DNA of 64,000 nucleotides from Selaginella moellendorffii (Eukaryota; Plantae; Lycopodiophyta): NCBI RefSeq assembly GCF_000143415.4, contig NW_003314369.1, positions 186,001 to 250,000 of the forward strand, read 5' to 3'. Shown piece by piece: positions 63,013 to 64,000 of this stretch (position 1 is its first letter; each line of letters starts with the position of its first letter). The notes under the pieces were generated by a model. It saw only the letters and a program-made list of their open reading frames with translations, ran no database searches and was not told where the DNA came from. The position numbers and the translations under genes were made by a program.

Positions 63013-63371
63013 GCGCCATAGATCTCCTTCGCATTCCCAGTATCTTTTGCTCCCATTTTTGTACAGGTTAACGATCTAATAAGAGTTTCCTACGTAGCGC
63101 AAAGATACCGTACCATGTGGGGGAATAGTCTAAGAATCTATTGCAGAGGTCGTGGGTTCGAATCGCATCGTGGCGAGGATCTGGGCGATTGATTTGCTTG
63201 GGCCCAGGGGGGAAAGGCATAAGCTAGAGAGAAATCCCATCTCTAGGCCTTCGATCTTGGCACGATCGAGCCACAAAGAGGGTCCCAATTACAGCGTTTT
63301 CTCTCGCGACGTGGAGATTTCCTTTGAATCTTTCTATTGAGCGCAAAGTCAATATACGTGTTGTGAGGTCT

Positions 63372-63402
<31 letters not shown>

Positions 63403-63453
63403 CCCTATATTTCTTCCATTCCTCTTCTAATCCTCGATCGTCCCACTCGATCG

Positions 63454-63786
63454 ATGGGGGCTATGGATGTCCAGCCTTACGCGCCAGAATCCAGCTACAA
63501 TTACCCGCGGCACTACTTGCCCAATTCGCATTCCTATTCCTATGGCTATGCCGGCGACGACGCGGACGATCACGGGCAATCCAAGAGGGCGGCCAAGACG
63601 AAGAGAGGCGGATCCCTGCGGCTTGCGAGCCTGGGGTGGAATTCCAGCGATCCGGAGGCAAAGAGGAAGCGGCGCGTCGCGGCGTACAAGCGATTCGATT
63701 CCAGGAGGCGAGTGGGCGATTCGGTGAAGAGGGGCGTGCGGTGGATCAAGATTAGATGTTTCCGCCTGTGCTACCGCTGGTGGTGA
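63454..63786 (+). CDS. DUF3511-domain small protein
   Basis: 'W..SDPEAKRKRRVAAYK...SVKRGVRWIK' signature; (CT)n tract in the 5' region. Confidence 0.88.
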   Translation: MGAMDVQPYAPESSYNYPRHYLPNSHSYSYGYAGDDADDHGQSKRAAKTKRGGSLRLASLGWNSSDPEAKRKRRVAAYKRFDSRRRVGDSVKRGVRWIKIRCFRLCYRWW

Positions 63787-64000
63787 TCGAGCGAGCGAGC
63801 GGGCGAGCGGGCGAGCGAGAGCTAGAGAGAGAAGGAAGAACCCTAAAAACAGAGCATCCGCGAAAACGAAATGTAAAGACTCTAAAATAAAATGTGAAAA
63901 GCTTTTAGGGCTTCCTAATGTCCGAAAATTAGATAAACAAACGATCAGCATGTAAGCCTTGTTAAGAGATCCAATCGGATAGAGCTTTTTTCCTTTGGTT

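Overview
Eukaryotic plant nuclear DNA. The 45-70 bp GT-AG introns, GC-rich exons and many PLS-PPR and F-box fragments suggest a lycophyte such as Selaginella (inference). The left ~48 kb is a transposon and pseudogene graveyard: Gypsy and Copia remnants, a Helitron RepHel fragment, a 2.3-kb solo LTR with an exact 5-bp TSD and internal minisatellite, a hAT MITE with an 8-bp TSD, and LCAT, PPR, F-box and PDH-E1alpha pseudogenes. It also holds one intact VFB/SKIP2-type F-box/LRR gene. The right ~15 kb is gene-dense: ELIP, an E-class PPR, a FAM172/Arb2-domain gene, GH3, an uncharacterised plant gene, a SPARK-type receptor kinase and a DUF3511 gene. The most striking signal is three Crinkler/RHS(CR)-type genes encoding P-loop NTPase plus PD-(D/E)xK nuclease, in two unrelated classes. 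All are built as a coiled-coil 'QLRE' header exon, a small middle exon and a large enzyme exon, joined by phase-1 introns. One copy (15533-17800) looks intact, and another carries an HSP20-like fragment in its middle exon. All calls are by eye; no database searches were run.
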